Of a DNA stretch of 64,000 nucleotides, positions 50,440-63,938 are shown piece by piece. Origin of the DNA: Raillietiella orientalis (lineage: Eukaryota); assembly GCA_036172245.1 (NCBI GenBank), contig JAYWIR010000025.1, forward strand, positions 186,001 to 250,000, read 5' to 3'. Made by a program: the position numbers and the translations under genes. How positions within the stretch are numbered: the first letter of the stretch is position 1; every line of letters begins with the position of its first letter. The notes beneath the pieces are model-generated. The model was not told the origin of the DNA, did not search any database, and was given only the letters and a program-made list of their open reading frames with translations.

Positions 50440-51168
50440 TTACATAGCTTGATTTGCAAGGGGCTCTGGAGAGTTTTCTGCAGTTATTTTCTTCTCCCCG
50501 TCCTTGCGAGGCTTCCTGGACTTGCTCAAATTCCTTGGTGGGAAAGCATTGTCTGGGTTATCGAGTTGGTTATCGGTTTTCTTTTTCACGTGGGTTGCAT
50601 ACATGGCGCTTGAGTACCGGATGCAGGTAGCCACCATGCGATGTCTCAGTTCCACCAGCTCCTTCTTTGGTACTTTTAAGTACTGTATTGCTTCCTCGTT
50701 ACCAGAATCCCATGCTCCCAGAGAGCTGACGATGATCGCGTGTACTTTGTTTTCCACCACTTTCAAGTTGCATTGCTATATCCTTGTATTTTCCTTGTTC
50801 TTTCTGGTTGTGCTGAACATCTTTGTATTTTCGTGTGGGCAGCAGATGTCCAGCACACATATCCTGTTTCCTTTTTCTAAAACCAGATCTGGTTTTAGGC
50901 TAGAGGTGGTTCCTAGCACTCTCCGGTTTCTTGAGGCAAGAATCCACTTTGCTTCATCCATTGTGGCCTTCTTGATGATCTCTTGAATCGCATCGTGACG
51001 TGCCATGGTCAGAGGAACGTGCTTCTTGCATCTATTTAACACGTGAGATAGCGTTTCATCCTCTGTCCCACAACGCCGACATATGCGTTCATGTGTTTTT
51101 TTAGGTGCTCCAGCGTTGATTGTCAGTAAGTTCAGTCCTGCCGCATTGGTAAACCTGAATGTTCTTGA
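50440..51168 (-). mobile_element. 5'-truncated RLE-type non-LTR retrotransposon (NeSL/Utopia-like), one frameshift
   Basis: FRFTNAAGLNLL...ICRRCGTEDETLSHVLNRC...ARHDAI...LKPDLVLEKGNRICVLDICCPHE, then a frameshift near 50770 to IIVSSLGAWDSGNE...RMVATCIRYS. CCHC, RHD and PD..D RLE motifs are all present. Confidence 0.93.
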
Positions 51169-52109
51169 TTACGTTGCATTCCTATTTTTGTTTCAATGCC
51201 AGAAACTTGAATATAGGCATCCACACATCCGTTGTTCTAAACTCTCAGATCATTCGTTTAAAACGTGGTTTATCTTCAAATCTCAACTGCCGCAAAATAG
51301 GAATTTCAAGTGCCGGGATAATTATAGCTGAGCTTTGTATCACTCCACTTCAATGTACTTCAGGTTTTCGGCTAGGGCATTCGCCAGGATTCTCGAAGAG
51401 TTGTCTATTTACAGCTATGATTCCTTGTGCCGTGTGCACAGTTCTGTTTGCTATTAACTGACGTCTTATTTGAGAAGCCCAGCAAAAATGTCAAAGGGAA
51501 CGAAAGAGGCAGCTGATTTCCTGAAAATATGAATGGTCCTTTCCGCTCTCATCTTCTGCCTCCACTTGAGGAAAACAGGAAACTGTCCAAATGTGCTTTC
51601 TGTGTCAATACAAAGATCGATTCCTATGAGCCAAGGCAATTTCTTCTTACCCGAGGACTCTGTTCATACAGTATATGCAGCATAATTGTTCGACTACCAT
51701 CATCATCCATCCTCTGGATGCTTCTTTTGCTTTTCAGCTTTATCATTTAAGCATGTCTCAACATTTTACAATGCACTCGCCTGTGAGACAGCAAATCAGA
51801 TCGGAAACCCAAGAGGCCAGTTCATGCGTTCATCGTGTTTCGGACACTTTTGTAAAAAAAATGCTTCAGCCCACAGCTCGATCACTCTATCAAAATCCAT
51901 CTATGGTGGCTTGATAGATAATAGACAGAATTTCCAAGCTTAAAGTTTACCCTTTCCCCCACTTCTTCTGTGAGGATCTCATGGGCCCCGCTATGATGTG
52001 AAACCACTACGAAGAAAAGCATTTTCATATTTTATGTGGATGCTTTTTTTTATATATACATATATATTTTTTTTACAATAAACGCTCCGTCGCTACCGGG
52101 TAAAAATGC

Positions 52110-52700
52110 AGGATCGATACCTAGGAATGCCGTGGGTTTCGAATTTTCCTTGCAGGATGACGCAGATTGACCTGAAGGCTTCGGGTATGGGCACTGGTGG
52201 AATTCCGGATGCTCCTGTTGACTGGCCGGGATTGAGAGTTCGCCCTCCGGGATCCTTCCAAGAACGCCGGATTCCTCCGTGGTTGCCCTCCGTGGTTGTG
52301 AAAATGGAGCCGTTGCTGTCGATACTCCCTTCGGGAAAATGCTTCTCCAAGAAGCGGTCCAAGAAGACAACCAGGGCGGTAGTTACCTCCGGAGTTCCCA
52401 ACGAAGCAAGCGAAAGAGGAACGGCACCCTTCTTCCAGAGCCTTCCTGGATTCATAGTGTCGTCCCTCTGGGATTACTTCCTATAACTCGAAGAGTTGCA
52501 TGCACCCTCGGGTGGCGTGGACGATGCTAAAGAGCTTTGTGAGCCTCTCCTAAGGAAGCAAACTCTCCTATTCAGCACTCAGCGAGCCAAAAAAAAGCAA
52601 AAAACCCGGAAGGAAAACAGTGAAACAGAAGAACCCAAAAGGATTTCCATCATTCTAGGCCAATAGTAGCGATCTCTCTGTGAGGTCGCTGCTGGCCTTT
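52110..52700 (+). mobile_element. Family B copy 4
   Basis: Aligns with 18845-19445. Ends in a stem-loop at 52657-52698 followed by TTTGAAAAA. Confidence 0.8.
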
Positions 52701-53249
52701 TGAAAAAGCTCTTTTAGTTCTGTCTTATTGTAAAGTTTGACATCAGGTCCACCTTCCCCATTTACCTGATTTCTGTTTTGCTTGCGGAATCAAAATTGAG
52801 CATTTCTTGTGCTCTGTGGAAATGAAAAATTCTTCGTGACAGGTAGTGAAACCACGAGAGCCGTCTTCGTGGTCGCCCTGGGATGACTGCTTGCTCTCGC
52901 ACGACATATTTCTCATACCAGCATTCATAGAGGGAATCCACTGATCCATTCTCTTCTTCCCTTATTGACTTTGGACTCTTCTAGTTGGATTGCTTTCTAA
53001 CTAGAGTTAAAAAGAACGTTCCCATGAAGAGGAAGGCTCCTGACTACCATTACACATCATCGAGGAAGTTTTTTGTTTGGTCCAAACCTATTCACGAATC
53101 TATTCATTCTTCGCCTTGCTAGTTTTAACAGCACATCCGTTTGTTTTCATAATTCGCGCCATCTAGATGTTTCTTGTATGTTCCGTTTCGTGCAAATGAT
53201 TTGTATCCGTCAAAGTGCCGTTCCTACTTTTTTTTGTTCTTTGCCATCC

Positions 53250-54150
53250 CGTCTATGTTCTTGAGAATGAAAAAATGGCCATCACTATTTGTCCTAAGGT
53301 AATCATGGCCCTGGAGGAAAACGAAGACGTCCGCCAACAGACGAGGTTCTCCATAACTCATATCACCTGAGAATGGGATTTCTTCAGCAAAGGCAGGTCC
53401 GCGTAATCTCCGGAAAGTGTTCGTGATAACTGATGGCGTAAGCACAAAGGAAGAAGAGAGAGGTCCCGCAAAGCAACCGGCGGCATGAAACACAAGCGAA
53501 TTCCTCATTCATCTTTCGTGAGTCACGTGATCTTGGACTTGGTGCACACCTCCTGAAAAACTTTCAGATGCGATCTCCGGCCTGTGCATGGCCTGCCGTC
53601 CACTTCGGTCCTCAATTTCGGGGAAGCAAAGGAAACAGGGAGAGAAAATGTATCCAAATCATGCAGTGATGGGATGAGCCGGAAAAAGCTGCGTCTTCCT
53701 CGCAAGAATGAAAATCTCGTGTGAATCTTTAGCAACCGAGCTTCAAAACAGGGAAGAAGCCAACACCTTCGAAGTGCAGTTCTCTCTACGAATGTCTTTT
53801 GCTCCTCGTCACCGACCCTACGAAGCCGACCACCATGCTTAAGCCTGACACGCCACCACCGGCCAGTGGTGGTGTGAGACACGCCTTTCCACCTAAGCTT
53901 GGTATCCTTCTCTGGACTGAGATCGCGTTTTCCTTCTTGAGTAACCGAGCAGAAAATTGACTTCCACGCTGATTGGGATCCCTGTTTGTTTTCTTCGTCG
54001 GTTCGTGCTTTCACGACCTTCTACAAATGCTTCCCGTTTCCTCTTGGAGCTGAGCATTTTGTTCTCAGCATGTTTTCCCGGAGAGCCTCTCACCAAAGTT
54101 CCATCAATCAAGGGAACATGAATCGCAGCCATTTGTGCTGGTTCTGAGGG
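53250..54150 (-). mobile_element. Possible decayed LINE RT core
   Basis: DLSPEKD...GVSH and LLPCFEARLLKI in ORF 53523-54014 are weak matches to RT motifs. Confidence 0.3.
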
Positions 54151-56299
54151 GCGATTCAGAGGTCAACGCTGATGAAGACAACTCCATTTCAAAAGCTGTG
54201 AGTCCCAGGACTTCGTTAATAATGAACCGGCAAGTGATGAAGACCTCCGGCTTGAAGCATTCGAAGCATGCGATTGGGGACTTCGATTTGGCTTGACCTC
54301 AGCGTCTGTTTTAGTTGCGAGATGGGAGCTGCAGAGAATTCCGAAGCATGCCTCTCCGAGGGCAGGAATCACAAGGGGAAAGGGAAGATGGACAAGAGGA
54401 TGGTTCCCTATTCGGAGCTCTCGTGTGGAAAATCATGGGCGGTTTGGCGTGGACAAATGGAGTTTCCGAAGAATAATGTCAAAATACCCATGTATTTCAC
54501 ATGTAAAAAATCCATATTCAATAAATAGGTGTATTCAGCGAGAACTCATCTTTAACAAATAATTGGACACCATACAAACAAATGAATATGGGTATTATGA
54601 TTCGGATAGGTATTAGAAGTCTGAGCATAATAATAATTAGATCCAAAGGCATACACCCGCCACGTCCATGACTACAAAAAACTATAAATAAACTCCATAA
54701 ATTAGAGTTAATTTCTCTCCTATTTCGGATGGCTTTTTCTATTATCAGGTGCTCTGTACATCATTTAGTGCGTTTCTTGCACAACGAGAGCAGCAGGTGT
54801 TTCCAAATGCTCGCCTCGAGGATGCAGTGAAGCCAGCGATGCTGCCTTTTGCTCTTCAGGACTTCCCAAGCTCAGGTCCAATAAAAGCGGGCACGTGCCG
54901 AGCACAGTCCACTGGTGCCGGTGTGAGAGCTTTCTGAGGCTCAGTGGAAGCGAACCGACCTGTGACCTGATGCAAGCTCGTGGTCCTTCAAACACATCCA
55001 CGACTAGATTTTCTTTCTCTTTCGCGCGGACTCTGGAACGAAGGAAGCTAAGAAAATCAAGAAGTATCCTGTTATCTTGAAACAGGATGAAAGAGAATTC
55101 GCCGAAGAAAAACAACAACAAGAAAAAAAGGTCAGAGAAGAGATCTATTAGGATATTTTGATCAGGCATGAATGGTTATGGTCATCCACGTAGATGTGTG
55201 CTTCGTAGGCTTCCACATTCAAGGGGGAACAAGAACACAGAGAGGACGCGGAAGAATCCAAGATGATTCAGAGAAGGAGTTCCCCCGGAAAAGCTCGAGG
55301 ATGCGGATTCGCTCTGGCGGAAGCGGAAAACGAACAGCTTCTTTGCTTCCGAAGAAGTCTCAGCATTATTCTGCCTGGTTTCTGCACGGGAATTGCAGTT
55401 TGCTCCACGGTTTGGGTGAGGAGGCGGGGGCTCCCGTCCTATCAAAGGTGGTCACAACTAGGGTGCTTGCACCCCCTCAGCGTCTTAATGATCGAGTTGG
55501 TTAAGATTTCCTTCCGTGCATACGCGAAGGAGAGCTGCTGCTGCGAAGGGACAACAGAAAAACTGGCGGCTCAGCACGTCTGCTTGCGAAGAGCGAAAAG
55601 TCAACCTCAGAAGCCAAGCAATCGGGTCGGAAGATGACCTTCCACTGAATCTCCACCGCCGCTTCCTCCGAACGAAGCGCCACTTTCAATGGGATCCCAC
55701 CCCAAGCATGAAATTTCTGCCGGCCCTCTCTGAATTCAGGGGGCAATTGCTTGGGGTCGCGAAGCGGAACGGACGACGGACAATCCGTCTTCGCGAAGAA
55801 GATCACGCTCCGAATTAAGGAGACGCTGGAGAGTCTTCCAAATTGTTTAGCCGGAGGCTTAGCTGGGCAGCTCGCTGCCCGTCGCAAATCGTCCTTTTGA
55901 TGTAACAATCATCTGATTATCTGATGCAAAAGCAGCTATTCCAAAGGTCAAGAACAAGAGTTCGTTCTACAGAGAAAGAGAGGAAGATAAGGAGAGCGGT
56001 CAGGGTGTAATTGCATCCTTCAATTGGCGAAAGCATGATGGAGTCAGCGGGATTGTGTCCGGAAAACAGGTGGCCTGTCCCTCGTGCACTATTTTGGATT
56101 CCCACTTGTCAGACGATGCGAAGACACCTATGCGGATTTTGCGGATGCGAAAATAAGCGATGATGAGTGGAAAGTACCTGTGTGTGTTTTTTTTTTGCAA
56201 TGAGTTAGCAAATCTCTGAAAGAAATCAAGGAAAGGAGGATCCATAGCTGTTCACCCCGAAGATCGATTTTCGTTGTTGTCAAGGAGGCAGGAGTCAAG

Positions 56300-56785
56300 G
56301 AGTCACCCTTAGAAGATGTTTGTCTGCCCACTGCATGCGGCGACCCTTCGAAAGGAGTTCCCAAAGATTCGCGACAGAGATGGGCTCATGAAAGTGATGC
56401 CGTCTCCTGACGCGTTCCGAGATTTCGGGAGTCGGGCGCGAGGCTTAGCACGCGTCGCCGTGCCCGGCGGGAATGCAGACTTCGATTTCCGACCCTGGAA
56501 GTGAGGGCGGAGATCGTCGGCATCCAGCCGCCGGTTCTGAAGAGAGGGGCCACCTCTTCCCCCACCCTTCTCTTTTGTTTATTTATTCATTTTCTTTTCT
56601 TTGTCCCCTCTCATTCGCTCCAGATCTTTCCGTTTTTTTTTTTTCTTTTCTATTTATTTAGCAAGGAGCGACGACAAAGGCCTGTATATCCATATTTATT
56701 TGTCATCCCTACCGGCGTGTCGACGTTTTTCTCAACTTCCTTTGCCTTCCGTCAAAAAACAAGTTCCCAACTGGCTTATAATTTT
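56300..56785 (+). mobile_element. Family-A-related LINE 3' end
   Basis: CCCTCTCATTCGCTCCAGATCTTTCC...TATTTA..AGCGACGACAAAG...GCGTGTCG...TCCCAAC matches the reverse complement of 27720-27910 and 19465-19660. Confidence 0.65.
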
Positions 56786-57399
56786 TGGAACGAAACGTCC
56801 GAGGGTGACCGCCTCGGGTGTCCTCAGTAGCAGCCCCTCGCGCAAAGCTGTCCGCAACCCGAGAGCGGGACGTTTCCAAGAGTCTGCACACTTCTTCTCC
56901 TCTTCCTCTCGCTGCCGTCCGTTTCCAAAGCGAAGTCGGGAGCCCCGAAGTGAGGGAACCCAGAGGATTCGGGAAGCACTTTGCTTCCGGGTCCCTCGAA
57001 ATTCAAACCGGAGACCGAGGCGGGATTCGCAAGATGCGACGGCACGAAACAGAAAGAGTGCTCCCTCACCGAGGAGGGCACGCATCACGAATCGCCAGCG
57101 TGGATTCACAGCTCCCCTGCGAAGAAACAGTAGCAAGGCACCGGGATTCGCTAGTGAAGACATCGCAAAGTTCGCGCGCGAGCGAACGTGAGAGCTGATC
57201 CGTGCGCATGCGCATGGCTCTAGGGAATGCAGGGTGCTATCGAGGTGCTATTCACAGTGACACCATTGATGATCCGCCAGATGCAAACAGGGGCAACGGC
57301 GGCTTAGAAGCACACTGGTGCTGCCAGAGGGCTTAATGGCTGCACCGTGACAGTGCACGCTTTCACTTTCCGCCTTGCAGCTGGCCGTGATACGCCGCT

Positions 57400-58600
57400 G
57401 TAGTTGGGAGCCGGAAGCAACGACATGCTTTGCGAGAGTGGTCATAATCGGAGGCCAGAATGAAGGCCGGAAGATTCTCTCCCGCTCGATGGAAAACAGC
57501 GATGGTGAAACCAGTGAGGATACTCCACCCTGACCATCGATTTGAACTCGGCGAGAGAAGAGGTGATCCTCCGCATGCACTTCCCGCTGAGATTTTCAAG
57601 CAGAGATCGAAAAACAGGGAGCCGGAAACCAGAGACTGGAAAATGATAATTCCATTCCGTCGCCTTTCTCTTTCCTTTCCCCCTTGTTCTGCCCGAATTT
57701 TTAATTGGCATTTCCATCCTGTGAAAGATTTAACGGGAGAGTCTACCTTCTCCTAGTCAGGAACCCGTCTGTCTCTGTCGCCTTCCTACCTGCTTACGTG
57801 ATGAAGCCGTGGATCCAAGAAGACAGCTCGCGACTGGGAACCTTTCGTACCTCCCAGGGATTGGGTGAAGAGGGAGTAGCGCAGGTTCTTGTCGGGACGT
57901 GACGCGTTTGAATCTTCCACGAATCCCCCCTGCCGACGCATGCGGACCGGCTGGGGAGAGCGGGAAGCATTTCTGAAAAAGACCGTCTCCTTCGAGAGCA
58001 GCTGATGCATCTGGACGAGTTGAGCATGGCCTCTGCCTCCTAAGTTGCGGGAGGAGCTCGCATTCAACTGCTCCCCGGCATTCGGAGGGGGTAAAGGTGT
58101 CTGAAAGCTCTTGAACAGCTCAATATAGTGTCAGTAGCTGACGATTTGCAGCGGAAATTCGAGGGAAATTTAGTTGAAGCCCTCAACGCCACGCCGCTGG
58201 TGACCTTCCCACGTTACAGTATCCACTGGTTCATTCGGACACCGTCTGCTGGGAACGAGGAAGGAGCCCGCCAAACGGGGCAGCCACCGCGCTGCCGTGC
58301 ACCTCTGCAGGTGTGGCCTCGGCAGCCAGAGAAAGCGAGACGATCCAGAGGTGCTCCCATGCTGCTAAACGGAATTCCAGCACCGTCCGTCACCATCCAC
58401 TTCGCAAGAGCGAAGGCTCAGATCGGGAGCAGTCGACCTAGCCTTCGCTCAGAGAAGGCGTCGCTCGGAACTCGACAGCCGCTCTCGCAGCTTTCCCCAT
58501 CCCGGATCGAGGTGCAGCTTGGACAGATTTCCAGCGGAGAATCATCGAGGATTAACTTTCCAAGAGAGCGCGGACGCAGCGCTGGAATTTCTTCTCCCTG
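57400..58600 (+). mobile_element. Decayed LINE RT core and thumb
   Basis: FELGERRGDPPHALPAEIF (RG.RQGDP-like, ORF 57460-57756) and a later CSPAFGGGKG (P...GG.G-like, ~58070-58100). Confidence 0.45.
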
Positions 58601-59299
58601 AAACATTCTAAGAAGCCGCGAGGCGAGTCGGCTGAGCGCAGAGAGAAAGGTGAGAGATCAACAGTCCGCCTGATAAAATCTGTCCCGGAGGCCAGCGATC
58701 CGAGTGCAGACGAGATGAAAGCTACAACGATAGATGCGGTTCCTGACCCAGCGGCAGCCAAACACTGAGCGACTCCCTGACCTTCCAGCATGAGAAGGAA
58801 ACGTTCCTCGCCTTGTTGTCTGACCCAGGATCACCGTCGTCAGAAGAAGGAGAAGGAGAAGCTGAAGCTGCTTGCATCCGACTTTCGAGTCTGATCTTCC
58901 TACCGGTGTACCGCGCATCTCGATCTCCTGAAACAGTTTCCGCAACAGGTATCGCGCTTTCCGAGTTCCTCCGGTATGCCTATGGCTGCTTCCATCGCTC
59001 CAAGACTAAAATATTCGCAATAGTCGAAAGCTCATCCATGTCTGTCATTTTGCTTCCCATCTTCCGATCTTTCTAATTTTCCATGTAGACATTCCTTGTG
59101 TCTTTTTGAATTCTTCAGCTTTTAGAGCAGTTGAGCTCGTTGCTGTTACGAGACATCGTGGCCGTTGTTGTCGCCATTTGCTTCGCTTTTCCAATTTCAT
59201 CACCATCATGGTTGCCGTTTTGCATATTTCGTTCTCCTTCCCTGAAGATCAGGTACGCAGAATCCACGACCGTACCGAGTATGTGCACGAAGGCGCTTT

Positions 59300-60900
59300 T
59301 TGCATCACGGGAAAGGGCCTCTTTGCCAAATGGCGGAGAGGAATGCATCGACTCTTCGTCAGGATCCACCCCTTTTTGAGAGGGTGATGCATTCCATGAT
59401 GAAACATCGCCTGCAACAATTTCTCCAGAGAGACAAAGGATGAAGCAAGAGACAAAATCGAAACGGTTTGTGGCATCCTTTCGCGAGATGCGCTGCGGAC
59501 TTGGATCGAGTAGTTAAAGAAATACAGCGATACTAAATGATAATTTCCGTCACCATCGCTGCTACCCTCGCAGTGATTCGGGACATCATGGAGCAAAGAG
59601 GATTCCGGCGCCACATGCGAGTTTATCATGGTAGCATCATCGTGTCCCGAATGTCATTCGAGACCCTTCCGTAAGTGTCTTCGCGCAGGGAGACCGGCGA
59701 AACGGTTGCGCACAGGGAATACTGTAGAATCGATATTCCTCTCTGTGAGTCGAGCGTCGACGTAGCTCGGTCGGTCAGCTGATGAAGATCTCGATCATCG
59801 TGAAATGAGGCACGCTGGACGGATACTCCAAGGATGCGAACTGTCCGTCGGTACTCCAACGTGCAGCTGCTCTGAAACAAGAGAGTTCCGGCCAAGTTCG
59901 CATTGCTTCAGAAGGAAAGACAGCTTCCTCCAGGAATTTCCTGCTTCCCTCCTCCCTCCTGTGCCATAGCTGCAGAACGGAGTAGAGTATAGTATCAGAG
60001 GATCCCAATTTGCGATTTGTTTGGTTTCGGCTTGTGTCTCTCCTTTCGAAGGAATTTCTTCGAACGCACTTCCTCTTGCTCTAGGGTTTCCCACCCACCA
60101 CCGCTCCCTCCCTAGGACTCATATTTCTCCTTAAAGACGGAAAAATTTTGCCAGTTGTCGCTCGCCATTTGCTGCAAAAATGTTCTTGGTCATATGGAGG
60201 ACCGAGCCCTGGTTACACAGTTCTTCAAGAAAGAGGCGTAGGCATAACGAAGGTGTCGGTCGATCATATGTTGGAGAAAGCGCGGTGGTTTAGCAATGCT
60301 AATCTCTACGGAGTTGTCTACCCGAACCATGGCGCCTGGGAAGGTCACCTGCCAAGCCTTGTGGCGGACGTTCAACGCAGCTCGAGGGGGAGGGAATGGG
60401 AAACGTTCGCGGCGGTCGACGCCTTGAAATAAACGACGTCGGTGTTTCTCCTGCTTCCTGGACCTCATGCCGACTGACACCAGTTATAAAGAAAGGTTTT
60501 ACTCGGATCCCTCGTGGATCGGACGGGAAGCTTATCTCTCGTAGAAATGATGCGGGCTCAGGGAAGCGGAACCCGTTCAGCATGGAAGAAACGAAAATGA
60601 AACTGCAAGCGAAACCTCCCCGAGACGTTTGCTCCCGAACTTTCGCTCTGCTTGCAGCTCGCTCGGCTCAGATGAGCCACCGAACGTGGGTGTTTTATAA
60701 ACGGGAACTTTCTCTACCACACAGATTGAGAATGCTCTTACTGATTTCCATCGGAGGAGGAGGTGGAAGGGAAACCACCGTTTCCTTCGGCACCGCTGTG
60801 GTTCTTCAGCCGACTTATTCTCTATCCCGGTGGTTCGTCGAGGGATTCTATCACCAGTTTCATCTTGCCAGCGTCAGAAGGCTTTCTTCAATTTGATTTG
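59300..60900 (+). mobile_element. Decayed L1-type EN-RT
   Basis: In order: CRIDIPL (~59725), DLDHR (~59790), SWTSCRLTPVIKKG (ORF 60396-60896), RQKAF (~60875). Confidence 0.55.
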
Positions 60901-60929
60901 TTTTCTGGGAAAAAGAAAAGCAAAAATCA

Positions 60930-62460
60930 CGGTTGATGCAAATCTGAGTGAACGAGCAGCTCAAAAGGGAAAAAGTGATTTTCAAAAACAGCTGATGGCA
61001 TTCGTTTCTTGTTTGAGACGAATTCGCGGTGAGTTCGCTTAGAGATGCAAAATGACCTTTGAGCAAAGGCTAAATGCCGTTCATCCCCTCCGTACAACCT
61101 CAAAGCAAGCGCTTTGCGAGGCTTCGCCGCTGCTGACATCAAAACTTCAGGATTCACGTAGGAAACTCTTCTTGCACTGTCAGCAGCATTTGGCCTTGAG
61201 CTGACTTTCCTCCCAGAACACGGACATGTCCGCTGCAAGTCAGAATCGAAAGCTTCAGGCAACTGGGACACCAGCATGCAATGCTGTAAGCATTAGTAAG
61301 TAACTAGGGCAGCGAATAACCAATTATGGATGGATGGAGCGAATCCGACACTCATTCACAACTTCATCTCGCAACTTCTTTATCATTTCGTTTCTTACCC
61401 TATTCTTGAAATCCCTTTCACTAGCCCCACGCCATCCTAGAGACTCCGAATCCATCATGTTTTCTTAATTCAATACATTATATTTGTTTCTACCGCTGCG
61501 GTACACATCCTACTATGGACAATACCCTTTCTTCTGTTTCCTCTTGGACCGATCTTTCATCAGTGGTATCGCCAATCGGTGAAGCCCAAAGTGCAGACTT
61601 GACTGGATCAAGAGAGACCTCAGCTGTCGAGTGGAATCGTCCTGGATGCCGCATCCATGTGAATTCAGACCGCAAGAGACCGCCTTTTTATTTGCGCCGG
61701 CGTTGCTGCTAACTTTGGAAATTATAGAAGGATGACTGGAGCTGACACTCTTCCGACTCGATTTTGTGAAATGCGCCTTCCTGGTCAGGTTTAGGGAGTA
61801 ATTAGAAAGCTTCACTGTCCTTGACCGCGCTTGCTTCCAACGGACTTTGCTTTCCTGGCGGATTCAGCAGGTCGCCTCCGATCTCTGGTAGAGCAGGAAC
61901 GTAGGCACAGGTAGTAAATAGAGCAGGGTAAAAAATAAATGCTGTGCGAGGCGAAAGAAGGATCTGACCACTCCAGGCGACCCGTTTAGCTCTTGCCCGA
62001 CGAGTCCCAAGCTGCATTCCGTCCTCTGCTGCATCCTCAGCGATGTGAAAGGCTGGAATCCTCTCAGCTTGTGGAATCGCACCATTTCCTCCAGATCCGT
62101 TTTTCTCCCCTCTCCCCTCACTCGTAAGTACTTCGGGCATTTCTTGGCAAGGAAGTCTTTCGCTTTTAGCTACTTCGCAAGAAGAGCTCGCATTTGGTGG
62201 CTCTTTAACCAATGTTGCTGCAAGGATGAGTGGCTTGCAATTCTCTTTTTCTGCTCCTGAAGATTCTGGGGATACATTATTGAGAAAACTTACCGAAAAT
62301 GTGGGTTCCTCCTTTGCACCGATTTCCCGATTTTTCGGCCTGGGATATTGGCCGGGATCACAATTACGGCCTTCCAATGCCGTGGGATTAGGGACGATTG
62401 GAAAATACCGCTGAATTCCTTCCAGAAGAAGGACGTTGTCTTTTCCTTGAATGAAGTTCA
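60930..62460 (-). mobile_element. Decayed LINE ORF1/ORF2 junction and endonuclease
   Basis: IGGDLLN (ORF 61802-62461) followed by EFTWMR (ORF 61490-61675). Confidence 0.5.
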
Positions 62461-63938
62461 TCGATCTTTTTCTAATGGAAAAGTAAGAAGGTGATTATGG
62501 AAAAGTGAATACCAAAAGCATCGAATCGTTATGGGAATCGCAGAGGAACCGCGCACGGGAACGTACGCACGTTTGATGAATGAAAGTGACATGCACTCAG
62601 TTCATCCTATCGGTATAAAAGGCTCTCCTGTCTAAGGTCAGCTTTGCACGCTCCTAGGCTTCATAAGGTTCCGCCGTCGCCCTTTGTCACTCTGTCAGGG
62701 GAAAGAAATTTAATTCAGAAGTGTGGTGAAAGGTGCTGTTGGTAAAAAAAAAAAAAAAAAAAAAAAAAGGGAACTGCTCGGTAGGTTTGCTTTTTGCACC
62801 TACCGAGATCGTGATCTTTTCCGAAGCATCGCTGACGCATGTCATTGAAGAAAGTTCAGTGTGACAACGATAAGCCTTGAAAAGAGAGAGGGACAAGGGA
62901 GCCGTGCAGTGATTATCCGTGACCTTCACAGTTTCTCCTGCGGTGATCATGGCTGAAGGAAAAACGGAGACATCCGCCCAACAGATGAGGCCCCTATGAC
63001 TCGTACCACTTAGAGTGCTTGGGTCAAAGCGTTTCATTCGAGACAACAAACCGCTGCTCCACGTTCACGATAAGCCTCATGTCGTACATTCGGATCTAGC
63101 AGACGAATCTTCCACATCCCGCAGATGTTTTTTTGTCATGTCTTCACCAGTGCTGTTGATTTTAATGACAACTTGTGAGCTGTTTCTTTGTCTGCCAAGA
63201 TGTGTGCCGACAGAGCAAGGAGGCAGTCTTGTTTTGAAACTGGTTGTTCAACAACACATAGTTCATTTTGCCACTCTGAGCCACAACTTCTTTTCCCAGT
63301 TCAAATCCTTTCCAGATTCCCGCAGTTTCCCCTTCACTGTTCCGATTGGAACTTCGAAACAGTTATCTTTCTGTGTGCAAAGATGAGAAAGCAGAGCACC
63401 TTCTTTTTCTAGTAGTTTGATTCATTTCTCTCAGAATGGGCATCCGGTGACCACGGCTCATTTCTTTCGTGCATCCTCGTTAAGTCTCAGCTGGACAACG
63501 CCTAGATGTACGTGAGACACGAGCGTATGAGCTCCCTTTGCATTCCGACCTCATTTCTTTTGAACTGACGTTCTTTGTTTCGGTGTAAATCAGAGGATAA
63601 TAACAAGTGGGTGATGCTGGCCATCAAGTGTTCTTTTCTCTTGGCCGGCTAGGAAGAGCGATAGGTGCAGATGTGCCTTCTTTCCTTCTAGTCCAGGGGA
63701 CGTGTCCCGAATGTATGTGTTTGTTTGCGGATTCCCTCTGTTGCCATTCTCGGGAGCCATCCACTTGCTCATCCTGTCTTTAAAGCGTTCCTTATCTGAT
63801 TCCTAAGGAGCATTACGTCGAAGAACACCTGGATTAAATCGCGCTGATGCTCCGGAAACCATTTCGTATCTTGGTCGTGCTTTGATCTTCTCCGCAATGT
63901 ATCCGGATTCACTTCACCATTTTCTCTAAGAACACAGA

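Noticed and set aside
56776..56820. Sm-site-like AATTTTTGG plus small hairpin after a family A end (snRNA or SL RNA target?)
   Set aside because: Other family A copies lack it, and the motif is common in T-rich tails.
62614..62643. TATAAAAG with Inr-like TCAGCT about 25 bp downstream
   Set aside because: No supportable downstream gene or paired LTR; plausible by chance.
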